Shown here: positions 1 through 7,623 of the stretch, piece by piece
Layout of the letters: every line of letters starts with the position of its first letter
Numbering within the stretch: the stretch's first letter is position 1
NCBI GenBank assembly: GCA_020722765.1
Contig: DYKD01000009.1
Span: 1,718-65,717 of the forward strand
DNA length: 64,000 bases
Direction of reading: 5' to 3'
Source of the DNA: Brevinema andersonii
Lineage (GTDB): Bacteria > Spirochaetota > DYKD01
Position numbers and translations under genes: made by a program
The notes under the pieces: model-generated
The model's input: the letters and a program-made list of their open reading frames with translations, nothing else
What the model was told of the DNA's origin: nothing
Database searches by the model: none

Positions 1-47
1 TGTTACCGGCAGTGGGCATACGAACCACTGGGTATGGAGGCGTTAAC

Positions 48-218
48 ATGGGTGGATGGGACATCGGTTGGAACGGCGTGGAATGGATTTATTTCTGCAT
101 ATTCTGCGCCGTGATAATGTTCGGAATACTGGTGGTCATATACGAATTCATCAAGGCACACATCAACAGACATGATGCCATCAGGCACCGAATGATGAGA
201 ATACGGGATGACGACTGA
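48..218 (+). CDS. small membrane protein (hypothetical)
   Basis: GGAGG lies 7 nt upstream of the ATG at 48 (track ORF 12..218). Hydrophobic helix WIYFCIFCAVIMFGILVVIY. A terminator follows. Confidence 0.55.
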   Translation: MGGWDIGWNGVEWIYFCIFCAVIMFGILVVIYEFIKAHINRHDAIRHRMMRIRDDD

Positions 219-222
219 ACAA

Positions 223-263
223 ACGGAGCAGAGCCAACTAAAGGCCCTAGCTCCGTCTTTTTT
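223..263 (+). terminator. intrinsic terminator T1
   Basis: ACGGAGC (223-229) pairs with GCTCCGT (250-256), followed by a T-run at 258-263. Confidence 0.7.
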
Positions 264-289
264 AAATATTCACAATGGAGGTATTCATC

Positions 290-490
290 ATGGGTAAGAA
301 GAATCTGGAAGACACTCTGGCATTAGCTGGAGCTACCGCAGGACTTGCATTGGCGAGGACATTGAAGAACATAGGTTCTATTGCGACATCCACAGGAAAG
401 TTCGTGGTTGATTCGACCAAAGGGATTGGCAAAGTAGTCTCAGAATCCGCCAAAACGAACTACCGTGAACTCAAACTCAGGAAGCGGTAA
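290..490 (+). CDS. hypothetical small protein
   Basis: GGAGG lies 8 nt upstream of the ATG at 290 (track ORF 275..490). A terminator follows. Confidence 0.55.
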   Translation: MGKKNLEDTLALAGATAGLALARTLKNIGSIATSTGKFVVDSTKGIGKVVSESAKTNYRELKLRKR

Positions 491-496
491 GAAGAA

Positions 497-531
497 CAGG
501 AGCCAGGTCCAGGACCTGGCTCCGTCTTTTT
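497..531 (+). terminator. intrinsic terminator T2 (CCTGGCTCCGTC family)
   Basis: GGAGCCAGGTCC (499-510) pairs with GGACCTGGCTCC (512-523), followed by GTCTTTTT. Confidence 0.75.
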
Positions 532-554
532 CAAACAAGCACAAGGAGGTTTAT

Positions 555-929
555 ATGGAAATTACCATAGCATTCATCTGTCTTATTGTCATAGGCGTTC
601 TCATGCTGTTCAAACCGGAACCTGACCCGAAAGGGTTGAGCTATTTCAGGTTCAGGATCTGGTTCCCTGACCAGGATTATACATACACGGAGGACTATTG
701 CATGCCGGATGGTCCGGTAGTCCTGTTCGGACGAACCATAGTTCTCAACCTCACAGTGGGAGTCAGACCTGAGATGGTGCATGTATTGGGGGATGAACCC
801 GAGAAACGAGTACACAATCAGGCGACGCTCATCGCACTGGTTGAGGCGGAAACAGACCCGCTAATCAAAATCGCCTATGCACATGGAAGCGGGAATTCCA
901 AGCTCAAAGCCAAATATCCACTTAAGTAA
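555..929 (+). CDS. hypothetical protein with N-terminal TM helix
   Basis: AAGGAGG precedes the ATG at 555 (internal Met of track ORF 465..929). N-terminus is ITIAFICLIVIGVLMLF. Confidence 0.6.
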   Translation: MEITIAFICLIVIGVLMLFKPEPDPKGLSYFRFRIWFPDQDYTYTEDYCMPDGPVVLFGRTIVLNLTVGVRPEMVHVLGDEPEKRVHNQATLIALVEAETDPLIKIAYAHGSGNSKLKAKYPLK

Positions 930-941
930 AGGAGGCAACAC

Positions 942-1307
942 ATGTATGGTATAATGTTCATCACACTTTTCATCGTAATGCTGATAACAACCATAGCATT
1001 ATACGAAGCCATGAGCTCGTCGAAAGCGACAGAATGGCTTGTCCAGCTAATGGATAAGAACGTCCTGCTGGCCGCGGCCGTCAACTTCGGCATTTCCAGC
1101 ATCATCGTACTGTTCACTGGTGAGGGTACCGCATCGGGCGCTGCAAATCTTGCGGCAAGTATCGTATTCCCGACATACTGCGTATTGAAACGCAAAGTAT
1201 TCAAGGTACCATACAGGTTCACATACGGGAAAGGTACGGTGGCTGTCGCCATTGGCATTCTGGTAATCGTCATAGCGGTCATAGTCGCGGCAACCATGAC
1301 CAAGTAA
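942..1307 (+). CDS. multi-pass membrane protein (hypothetical)
   Basis: AAGGAGG SD. Several hydrophobic segments. A terminator follows. Confidence 0.65.
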   Translation: MYGIMFITLFIVMLITTIALYEAMSSSKATEWLVQLMDKNVLLAAAVNFGISSIIVLFTGEGTASGAANLAASIVFPTYCVLKRKVFKVPYRFTYGKGTVAVAIGILVIVIAVIVAATMTK

Positions 1308-1312
1308 GCAAT

Positions 1313-1350
1313 ACGGAGTCGGGACTTCCAAGTCCTGGCTCTGTCTTTTT
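1313..1350 (+). terminator. intrinsic terminator T3 (CCTGGCTC family)
   Basis: 15-bp stem ACGGAGTCGGGACTT/AAGTCCTGGCTCTGT containing 3 G-U pairs, followed by CTTTTT. Confidence 0.8.
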
Positions 1351-1377
1351 CAAATAATACTTTAAGGAGGTCCAAGT

Positions 1378-1752
1378 ATGGACACTATTATCCTCCCTCA
1401 GAACGATGAACGCCTGGAATTCAGGTTCCGCGTTCATGTAAAGAACAACATGGTCGGTTACGTTGAAGTACGTGACATCGGGCTCCATGGCTATCAGTCC
1501 TGCTCTTACAGGGTCTTCAAATCAACGAAGAATCCAGGTGAAATCTTCACAATGGGCAAACTGGAATACCAGTACAACGGGGCGACAAAGAGCCTCGGGT
1601 ACGCCTCCAAGGACAGGAAGGCATACATCAACAAGGTACTTCAGGAAAACATCGACCTTATCCTTTCAGGCACAGCAAGCCCGTCAACGAGTTCCGCTCC
1701 ATCCAAAGTGGTGGTCAGTGCCGATGATGAGCTGTTAGAGGAGCAAGCGTAG
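1378..1752 (+). CDS. hypothetical protein
   Basis: TAAGGAGG SD. 124-aa ORF. A terminator follows. Confidence 0.65.
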   Translation: MDTIILPQNDERLEFRFRVHVKNNMVGYVEVRDIGLHGYQSCSYRVFKSTKNPGEIFTMGKLEYQYNGATKSLGYASKDRKAYINKVLQENIDLILSGTASPSTSSAPSKVVVSADDELLEEQA

Positions 1753-1758
1753 GCATAT

Positions 1759-1801
1759 CCGGGTCAGGATTCCAACAAGGAATCCTGGCTCGGTCTTTTT
1801 T
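1759..1801 (+). terminator. intrinsic terminator T4 (CCTGGCTC family)
   Basis: 15-bp stem CCGGGTCAGGATTCC/GGAATCCTGGCTCGG containing 2 G-U pairs, followed by TCTTTTTT. Confidence 0.8.
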
Positions 1802-1832
1802 AGGAAAGAATCCAACTAAAAGGAGGTTCACC

Positions 1833-2339
1833 ATGAGTGAACAGATACAGAAAGCGGTTGAGCAGGCGAAAGCCCAGGAACAGTCGACACGTCAGGCAAT
1901 CAGCAAAGCGCATGGCCAGAAGAAGGATATCAATCTCACCCTCAAGGAAGCGTCAAAGAAGGTTGTCCTTCACATCAAGGGCGGAATGGAGAAAGCGTCG
2001 GTCTGGTATGAGGAATACATGTTCCATACCATGGCGGGAGGTGCCGTTATAGGTTCCACCATGATGATAGTGGCGAACATCCTCGCCGTCAAGTACGGCA
2101 TTACTGGCACCCTTGTAGCATTGTATGTGACAGGTGGATGGGTGCTGTTGGCTCCATTCCTATTCGCAATATTGTACTTCGCAGCCAAGCTCACAATCAA
2201 ACTGGTACGGGCAGCAGTCAATGGGATCAGGAAAGCGCACGCACATGGCCCGGTACTGAAGAAAGCCATTGACGAGAAGATTGAAGAGCTTAAGGTCAAA
2301 CTCGAGAACGGAGTTGACCCTACAGCAGAAACTGCATAA
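1833..2339 (+). CDS. hypothetical membrane protein
   Basis: AAAGGAGG SD. Polar N-terminus followed by 2-3 hydrophobic helices. A terminator follows. Confidence 0.65.
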   Translation: MSEQIQKAVEQAKAQEQSTRQAISKAHGQKKDINLTLKEASKKVVLHIKGGMEKASVWYEEYMFHTMAGGAVIGSTMMIVANILAVKYGITGTLVALYVTGGWVLLAPFLFAILYFAAKLTIKLVRAAVNGIRKAHAHGPVLKKAIDEKIEELKVKLENGVDPTAETA

Positions 2340-2355
2340 CCATTTCCAACTAAGT

Positions 2356-2397
2356 AAGCCGGTAGCCACCCAGTGGCCGCTACCGGCTTGTTTTTTT
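2356..2397 (+). terminator. intrinsic terminator T5
   Basis: AAGCCGGTAGC (2356-2366) pairs with GCTACCGGCTT (2379-2389), followed by a T7 run. Confidence 0.8.
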
Positions 2398-2418
2398 GCC
2401 TGAAGAAAGGTGTAGGAA

Positions 2419-2703
2419 GCGGGGCGGGAGCCCCGCGTAGATGGGAAGGGCCCCATATCCGGATGGACAGTATCACGGGACAACCGAAGTGTGGACGGAA
2501 CGGTCACCAACCATGGGAAGGGACCCATAACAGATCTGCCGGCGCCATAAACAATGGACTGGTAAGGGAATTGTTGCGGGCCGGGAGATTTGGAGCACGG
2601 GCAGGGACCCGTGCGGGCGCAGGATCTCCAAGTGGAGAACCTGGCGCGGGCATTCTTGAATGACGCGCAAGCACAGAGGATGATAGTCGGGCAGGGCCCC
2701 GAC
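2419..2703 (+). repeat. array of five GC-rich stem-loops with a conserved purine-rich loop (candidate structured RNA or protein-binding array)
   Basis: Hairpins lie at 2419-2436, 2441-2456, 2513-2528, 2595-2614 and 2686-2703. Stems end in GGG/CCC. Loops are CGGGAG, AAGGGC, AAGGGA, CAGGGA and CAGGGC. The region has no SD-led ORF. Confidence 0.6.
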
Positions 2704-2733
2704 GTTAAAACTTAGTCTTAAGGAGGTTACACC

Positions 2734-3033
2734 ATGGAAAATGTACGCATGTTCTTCGGAACAGTGGAGTGGTCAGATTCCGAGCTGACAGCCATCGACA
2801 TACCGGCATTCGGAAGGCTCATGATTGACACGGTAGGAAAGCTGGAAATCAGGGCCGGCCAGAAAATCGGAGGCTGGATAGACGAACGGTTGCTGGCTGA
2901 AACGGAGCGCGGACATATTGCTGACATGAGTGTCATAGGTTATCTGGACGGGAAATATGTCCCGTTCAATGCCATGAGATTCGTGGCACAATGTGAAACC
3001 GAGGCGATTGCCAAATCGGCGCTTGAAGACTGA
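2734..3033 (+). CDS. hypothetical protein
   Basis: TAAGGAGG SD. 99-aa ORF. Confidence 0.65.
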   Translation: MENVRMFFGTVEWSDSELTAIDIPAFGRLMIDTVGKLEIRAGQKIGGWIDERLLAETERGHIADMSVIGYLDGKYVPFNAMRFVAQCETEAIAKSALED

Positions 3034-3040
3034 ACAGTAG

Positions 3041-3067
3041 GTCCCCCTGCTTTGGGAACAGGGGGAC
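3041..3067 (+). terminator. terminator-like hairpin with a weak U-tract
   Basis: GTCCCCCTG (3041-3049) pairs with CAGGGGGAC (3059-3067). The downstream sequence is only TTACAAC. Confidence 0.35.
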
Positions 3068-3538
3068 TTACAACTAAAGGTACCCCCTTTCCAAGGGCCC
3101 GCTAACAACAACATCATCCAGGCATTTCCCTGTAGGGAAAACCGGATCTGATTGTCATAAAGGAACCATTCATGCCTTCTGTTAACGATAACGGAAGCTA
3201 CCCCCCGTAGAATGGCTCCTTTAGGGTGTTTAGTGGCATTATACGTTGGGTACGAAAAAATTCACGCAAATCATCCATCCTATACCATATGACATACCGT
3301 TAATGCATATGTTATGGGATATACGCCTGTTCCATATGGGATAACTGGGAATAGGATGTTTCCGGCGCCTTTAAAATGGGTATTTTAAGGCCTTATACGG
3401 GCATCGCAGACGGAATTTCACCTTATCACACTCGTGCGATACGAACCATATTCCCTTGAGGAATTATCATACTCATATGGTTTGCACACTGGCTTGTATA
3501 TCACCATTATCCTATGTGAAATAGGAAAGGAAGGAAAC

Positions 3539-3871
3539 ATGAACATATTAGATATGGCGTTGAAACGGGCTTCAATATCTGTTACTCGGCGCCTCAATAA
3601 GGCCATCGACGGGACGGCGATACGGGTGGAGAGCGTATGCGAGCGCAATGGCGAGGTCATAGTGACGTTGCTTGTGACATCACTGGCGGTTACGATAGTA
3701 TACTCGTATGTCACGGGACAATGGGAAACCACCTCGATATTCGTCGCATGGATGGTCAGCGCAAGCATCGATATAGGTGGTTCCGTATTGAGTGCGGCGG
3801 CATGGCGCAAAATAAAGGAGTATATGAATGAACATCAACGACGCAATGGAACAGCTCCGCAACCAGCCTAG
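3539..3871 (+). CDS. hypothetical membrane protein
   Basis: GGAAAGGAAGG precedes the ATG at 3539 (internal Met of track ORF 3434..3871). Two hydrophobic segments. Confidence 0.5.
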   Translation: MNILDMALKRASISVTRRLNKAIDGTAIRVESVCERNGEVIVTLLVTSLAVTIVYSYVTGQWETTSIFVAWMVSASIDIGGSVLSAAAWRKIKEYMNEHQRRNGTAPQPA

Positions 3872-4121
3872 TACCGGCAGGCTGCGTTCGATGAGATTCA
3901 TCGACGGAGAACTCATGGAACAGAACCAGAAGAAGGACAGCTACTTCGCAAGGTTCGCAAGACATAACCAGGAATATTTCCTGGCCTGGCTGATACCGTT
4001 CGACAACAGCCAATGGAAACTCTATCTTCATGATGGCAAACAGACAATCAGGGTGGACGGTACGAATCAGGAAAAGATAACATTCCTGAAAAACAAGTCA
4101 CTTCACGTCATCGGAGAATGA
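3828..4121 (+). CDS. hypothetical protein
   Basis: AAAGGAG SD. 97-aa ORF. Confidence 0.6.
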   Translation: MNINDAMEQLRNQPSTGRLRSMRFIDGELMEQNQKKDSYFARFARHNQEYFLAWLIPFDNSQWKLYLHDGKQTIRVDGTNQEKITFLKNKSLHVIGE

Positions 4122-4172
4122 CCGGAAACGGCCGCTATGGCAGGTAATGGATCATATAAACCCCCATTCCGG

Positions 4173-4218
4173 CGGAATCAGGCTCCTTCCAACATGGGAG
4201 CCTGGCTCCGTCCTTTTT
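4173..4218 (+). terminator. intrinsic terminator T6 (CCTGGCTCCGTC family)
   Basis: CGGAATCAGGCTCC (4173-4186) pairs with GGAGCCTGGCTCCG (4197-4210), followed by TCCTTTTT. Confidence 0.75.
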
Positions 4219-4244
4219 GAATATCAGAATAGAAGGAGGTTCTT

Positions 4245-4412
4245 ATGGCACGACAGGATGATGCACAGCTCACCATTGATGAGTTCGAGGCGGAACTGGA
4301 AGGTGACAGGATGGCCGACTTTCAGGATTTCCGCATGGAAATGACCGTTCCGGGTGAGACCCATACGCTCGATGAATGGTACGAAATACTTGATGTTTGG
4401 CTGGTAAAATAA
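4245..4412 (+). CDS. small acidic protein (55 aa, below the track cutoff)
   Basis: AGAAGGAGG SD precedes the ATG at 4245. Translation is MARQDDAQLTIDEFEAELEG...; stop TAA at 4410-4412. Confidence 0.5.
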   Translation: MARQDDAQLTIDEFEAELEGDRMADFQDFRMEMTVPGETHTLDEWYEILDVWLVK

Positions 4413-4423
4413 GGAGGTATATC

Positions 4424-4708
4424 ATGGAATTGGACATGAGAATCAGGAAATTCCGTGACATGTCACTGGAGCTTATCAGGAACGGTTTCAGACTGATGAC
4501 ATACCAAGTGGCAGGTAATGCTACACGCATGGCCAAATTCGTATCCGATGAGGATGTACATTATCTCATCGACGACGGAGAAACAGTGAAGTTCCTGTCC
4601 GCGGATGACAAGGATGACATCGATACCATCATGTCATTCGAGACGGTAGCGCAAGAATTTGAGCACTACGAGATGGGCGGAAGAACAGTTTTCGCATTCA
4701 ACCAATAA
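4424..4708 (+). CDS. hypothetical protein
   Basis: AAGGAGG SD precedes the ATG at 4424 (internal Met of track ORF 4397..4708). Confidence 0.6.
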   Translation: MELDMRIRKFRDMSLELIRNGFRLMTYQVAGNATRMAKFVSDEDVHYLIDDGETVKFLSADDKDDIDTIMSFETVAQEFEHYEMGGRTVFAFNQ

Positions 4709-4721
4709 GCACTAAGTTGTA

Positions 4722-4755
4722 GGTATACCGGGGCGGAGGAATCCGCCCGGATACC
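4722..4755 (+). other. GC-rich imperfect hairpin after a CDS, without a U-tract
   Basis: GGTATACCGGGGCGG-aggaat-CCGCCCGGATACC. Confidence 0.35.
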
Positions 4756-4942
4756 ATCATTAAATTCCCTGACAGGTAAACGGTTCAGCTCATAAATGTT
4801 CCTACCGATGGAATCGATGGGATCGGTGCCATTTATGATATCATAGGTACCGACGAGGTTAACATGAAGGAAAGCCGGCAAGTCGCTGGTAGCTTCCCCG
4901 AGGAATAACGTCATGATACTAAAAGAAATAGGAGGAATCACC

Positions 4943-5377
4943 ATGGGAATGTATACGGAACTGAAACTCAATGTCGAACTTAAGCAGGATGTTCCAGATG
5001 AAGTAATTCATATATTGGAATACATGCTCGACGATTCGGCTCACCAACCACCATTACCTGACCATCCGTTGTTCAAGACCGCAAGATGGAGCAGGATGCT
5101 ACACTGTGGTTCACCGTACTTTAATACGCCGACCTATTCTGAACTGCTGCACGAGGACTCGACATATGTCCTGAACATACAGTGCAACTTCAAGAATTAC
5201 GACGATGAAATCGACAAGTTCCTTGACTGGCTACGGCCACATATACAGACCGAAGGCATAATAGGCCATCATTGGTATGAGACGGATGATGAACCGACGG
5301 CAATATGGAATATGTGCCAAGACGTCGTCTCTGAAGATTTGAGTCTGGAAAAACATACCATCGTGGAGGAAGTGTGA
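4943..5377 (+). CDS. hypothetical protein
   Basis: AGGAGG SD precedes the ATG at 4943 (internal Met of track ORF 4913..5377). Confidence 0.65.
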   Translation: MGMYTELKLNVELKQDVPDEVIHILEYMLDDSAHQPPLPDHPLFKTARWSRMLHCGSPYFNTPTYSELLHEDSTYVLNIQCNFKNYDDEIDKFLDWLRPHIQTEGIIGHHWYETDDEPTAIWNMCQDVVSEDLSLEKHTIVEEV

Positions 5378-5586
5378 TGAGCACGCAGAATATATTCATC
5401 GAAAAGGCATCATTCGAGGCACTACATACGGAGAGCGTGCTCGTAAGTACGCTGCTGGACAGCAACCTGACGCGCAAGATGAGATGGCGATACCAGGATT
5501 ACCTGGCAGCCATCCACCGGCGCATGAAGGAATTACAAGGAGGTCGAGATGGAATTCAAGCTACTGATCGCAACACTGCTGGTTGA
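5374..5586 (+). CDS. hypothetical protein
   Basis: ATGA start/stop overlap with the upstream gene. Confidence 0.5.
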   Translation: MMSTQNIFIEKASFEALHTESVLVSTLLDSNLTRKMRWRYQDYLAAIHRRMKELQGGRDGIQATDRNTAG

Positions 5587-5920
5587 GACCTGTCTACTCA
5601 TAATGCGTAACCAGGTATCATCGTTCCTATATGAACAAACGGTACAACATGCAGCTGACGTACCGATCAGACGGGAACGGATAAACTGGCTCGTTCCAAG
5701 CGTATTGCTGACCCTGTTATATACCGGTTTGCTGATTGGAATACTGTTCACAAGGATATGGTGGTTTGCAATCATCATCTTTGGGCTATCAGTCATCACC
5801 TCCAGATTCATGAACAAGGCAGAAACATTGCAGGAAATAAAGGATATTGCGCTATTTGATAACCTCATCAGTATTCTCATCACATTTATTGCGATGATAA
5901 TACTAAAGGAGATATCATGA
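5549..5920 (+). CDS. hypothetical membrane protein
   Basis: AAGGAGG SD. 3-4 hydrophobic helices. Confidence 0.6.
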   Translation: MEFKLLIATLLVETCLLIMRNQVSSFLYEQTVQHAADVPIRRERINWLVPSVLLTLLYTGLLIGILFTRIWWFAIIIFGLSVITSRFMNKAETLQEIKDIALFDNLISILITFIAMIILKEIS

Positions 5921-5926
5921 GCAGCT

Positions 5927-6130
5927 ATGAAAGAATGTCCTCATTGCAATGGTTTCGGCTCATCATTCAAGGATCCGGAAGGAGTAGACCACTGCACAAT
6001 GTATGACTGTTCAGGCCTAATAAAGGATGAAACCAAAGGAGAACCAGATGGAACACATATACCATGGCGACCGGAAGATCGCCGAAAAGGAGGACGAGGA
6101 TTATCGTCAGGAAGTGACATTCCTGCTTGA
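5927..6130 (+). CDS. small zinc-finger protein (CxxCxGxG)
   Basis: Contains a CPHCNGFG DnaJ-type Zn-finger motif. The SD is weak and the 3' part overlaps the next ORF. Confidence 0.45.
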   Translation: MKECPHCNGFGSSFKDPEGVDHCTMYDCSGLIKDETKGEPDGTHIPWRPEDRRKGGRGLSSGSDIPA

Positions 6131-6338
6131 AGACAGGGAAGAAAACTTCCTGTTTGAAGAGCAAACATGTATCCATGGAAACCCGTTGGCATATCCTTGT
6201 CCTGACTGCGCGGTCGAAAGACTGGCGCATGGAACAAAGAGGAACGAGGAGAAAATCCCATTAAGGAGGTTAGATGAAAGTCATGCAAAATCTGCGTCAT
6301 ATTTATCTGAAATGGAAGATGCGGAAGACACTCAATGA
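6048..6338 (+). CDS. acidic hypothetical protein
   Basis: AAAGGAG SD precedes the ATG at 6048 (internal Met of track ORF 6027..6338). Confidence 0.5.
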   Translation: MEHIYHGDRKIAEKEDEDYRQEVTFLLEDREENFLFEEQTCIHGNPLAYPCPDCAVERLAHGTKRNEEKIPLRRLDESHAKSASYLSEMEDAEDTQ

Positions 6339-6477
6339 TATTGCCAGAACAGCTTTGTCACTGGCTAAAGAACCGGATAACGCGAAGAAGGCTGCCAAGC
6401 TGAGCAAGCTGTTATCCGCAAAACACCTGAAAGCAATCAACAGACTAATGTCAGATATTACGATACCAAAGGAGTAA
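6274..6477 (+). CDS. hypothetical basic protein
   Basis: AAGGAGG SD. 67 aa. Confidence 0.5.
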   Translation: MKVMQNLRHIYLKWKMRKTLNDIARTALSLAKEPDNAKKAAKLSKLLSAKHLKAINRLMSDITIPKE

Positions 6478-6514
6478 ATATAAAGAAGAAATGACATCAG
6501 AATAAAGGAGGTCT

Positions 6515-6577
6515 ATGATGAAGCGTAAAAAGTTATCCAAACTTGCCCGCAGATTCATCAGGAGATTCCTATCATGA
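6515..6577 (+). CDS. 20-aa Arg/Lys-rich peptide ORF
   Basis: AAAGGAGG SD. Translation is MMKRKKLSKLARRFIRRFLS. Too short to be confident it is coding. Confidence 0.3.
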   Translation: MMKRKKLSKLARRFIRRFLS

Positions 6578-6695
6578 GATATGGGCGGCGCTCCGGTGCC
6601 GTCCTTCCTCTTGAATTCCATGTCTTCCTAGTGAAGACCGACCAACAACCTGGCGCAGTCATTTTCAGACGTTATAACGTATTAAGGAGGTCCAT

Positions 6696-7166
6696 ATGGA
6701 CAACAAAATCATGGTCGAGAAGACCGAAAGAATCGAGCTCGATGTCTCATCATTTGAAAGCTCGGTAAGTGTCAGTTTCAGGTCATATCCAGATGACAAG
6801 AAACTCGGTTTCGCAAACGTCACTTACAAGAACGCATTTGGTGGAACAGAGACAAAACGCCTTACAGTATGGAAGAACCGTGATGGTTCTCCAAGAATAG
6901 GCTGGATCAAGACATACGATGGTTATACCACCAGTGTCTACAAACCGACTGATCCTGAGAAGTCGAAGTTCATCAATCCATCGGAAGGAAGTATCGACAG
7001 TATGACAAAATCAATTATCGATTACTTCGTGTTCAAAGCTGTGGCCGATGTCAAACAGCACATTGCTCCCAAACCCAGCACCAAACCGGCGAAGAAGATG
7101 GTGGATAATGCCGTTTCATCGAAGGATCTGCAGGATAGTCTGGAAGAAGCTTCAAAATCAGCCTAA
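6696..7166 (+). CDS. hypothetical protein
   Basis: TAAGGAGG SD. 156 aa. Confidence 0.65.
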   Translation: MDNKIMVEKTERIELDVSSFESSVSVSFRSYPDDKKLGFANVTYKNAFGGTETKRLTVWKNRDGSPRIGWIKTYDGYTTSVYKPTDPEKSKFINPSEGSIDSMTKSIIDYFVFKAVADVKQHIAPKPSTKPAKKMVDNAVSSKDLQDSLEEASKSA

Positions 7167-7170
7167 AGTA

Positions 7171-7206
7171 ACGGGGCATAGGGAAACCTATGTCCCGTCT
7201 TTTTTG
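7171..7206. terminator. bidirectional intrinsic terminator between convergent genes
   Basis: 12-bp stem ACGGGGCATAGG/CCTATGTCCCGT with a GAAA loop, a T-run downstream and an A-rich stretch upstream. Its 23-bp core recurs at 18588-18610. Confidence 0.8.
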
Positions 7207-7227
7207 GTTGAGGGCTTGAACTGCGGG

Positions 7228-7494
7228 TTATCTGACCTCTATCATCCGCGGTTTCTTCTCTTCCGCAGTAGGCATGTCAACTTCCAGCATACCATCCTCA
7301 TATTTGGCTGTAATGCGTGTCTGGTCTACATCGGTTGGCAGGAGGCGTCTGAATATTATACCATTGTCCCTGATACTGACAGTTATGGCATTGTTCCGGA
7401 CGCTTACCTCTATGTTCTTCTTCCCGATACCGGGAAGCGGTAGGGAAAGCTTGCCATCGGAATAGTCATAATTCCACATAGTTCCAAATATCAT
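7228..7494 (-). CDS. small heat-shock protein (Hsp20/alpha-crystallin domain, unusually short)
   Basis: LPLPGIGKKNIEVSV...FRRLLPTDVDQTRITAKYEDGMLEVDMP matches alpha-crystallin-domain (ACD) hallmarks. AAGGAG lies 8 nt upstream of the ATG (plus-strand CAT at 7492-7494). Confidence 0.75.
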   Translation of the reverse strand: MIFGTMWNYDYSDGKLSLPLPGIGKKNIEVSVRNNAITVSIRDNGIIFRRLLPTDVDQTRITAKYEDGMLEVDMPTAEEKKPRMIEVR

Positions 7495-7498
7495 AATC

Positions 7499-7527
7499 TT
7501 GACTCCTTGGAAAATTATGCACATAAT
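7499..7527 (+). promoter_or_regulatory. sigma70-like promoter TTGACT-17-CATAAT
   Basis: -35 at 7499-7504, -10 at 7522-7527. It points toward the gene starting at 7624. Confidence 0.45.
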
Positions 7528-7553
7528 ATAATGCCGGGCACACTGTAAATCAA
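7525..7553 (-). promoter_or_regulatory. sigma70-like promoter TTGATT-17-TATATT for the sHSP gene
   Basis: On the minus strand, -35 corresponds to plus 7548-7553 and -10 to plus 7525-7530. Its -10 overlaps the -10 of the + strand promoter. Confidence 0.5.
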
Positions 7554-7575
7554 GGCATCGAACCATATTGCCTTG
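7551..7575. promoter_or_regulatory. 7-bp inverted repeat (candidate operator or 5'-UTR hairpin)
   Basis: CAAGGCA (7551-7557) and TGCCTTG (7569-7575). The repeat overlaps the -35 of the sHSP promoter. Confidence 0.35.
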
Positions 7576-7623
7576 GCACGCCTGGAGATGGTGCGGCCAA
7601 TTATCATTCGATCAGGAGATCCA

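Noticed and set aside
2373-2663. 96-aa + strand ORF across the GC-rich block
   Set aside because: It starts inside terminator T5 and has no SD. Its Gly/Arg/Ala-rich low-complexity translation simply mirrors the GC-rich hairpins.
2419-2703. Possible CRISPR-like array
   Set aside because: The repeated units are 16-20-nt hairpins with variable stems and irregular spacing (21, 72, 84 and 90 nt). There are no identical direct repeats and no cas genes, so it is not a CRISPR array.
4666-4971. 101-aa minus-strand ORF in the 4709-4942 gap
   Set aside because: It has no SD, overlaps the start of the 4943 gene, and every neighbouring gene is on the + strand.
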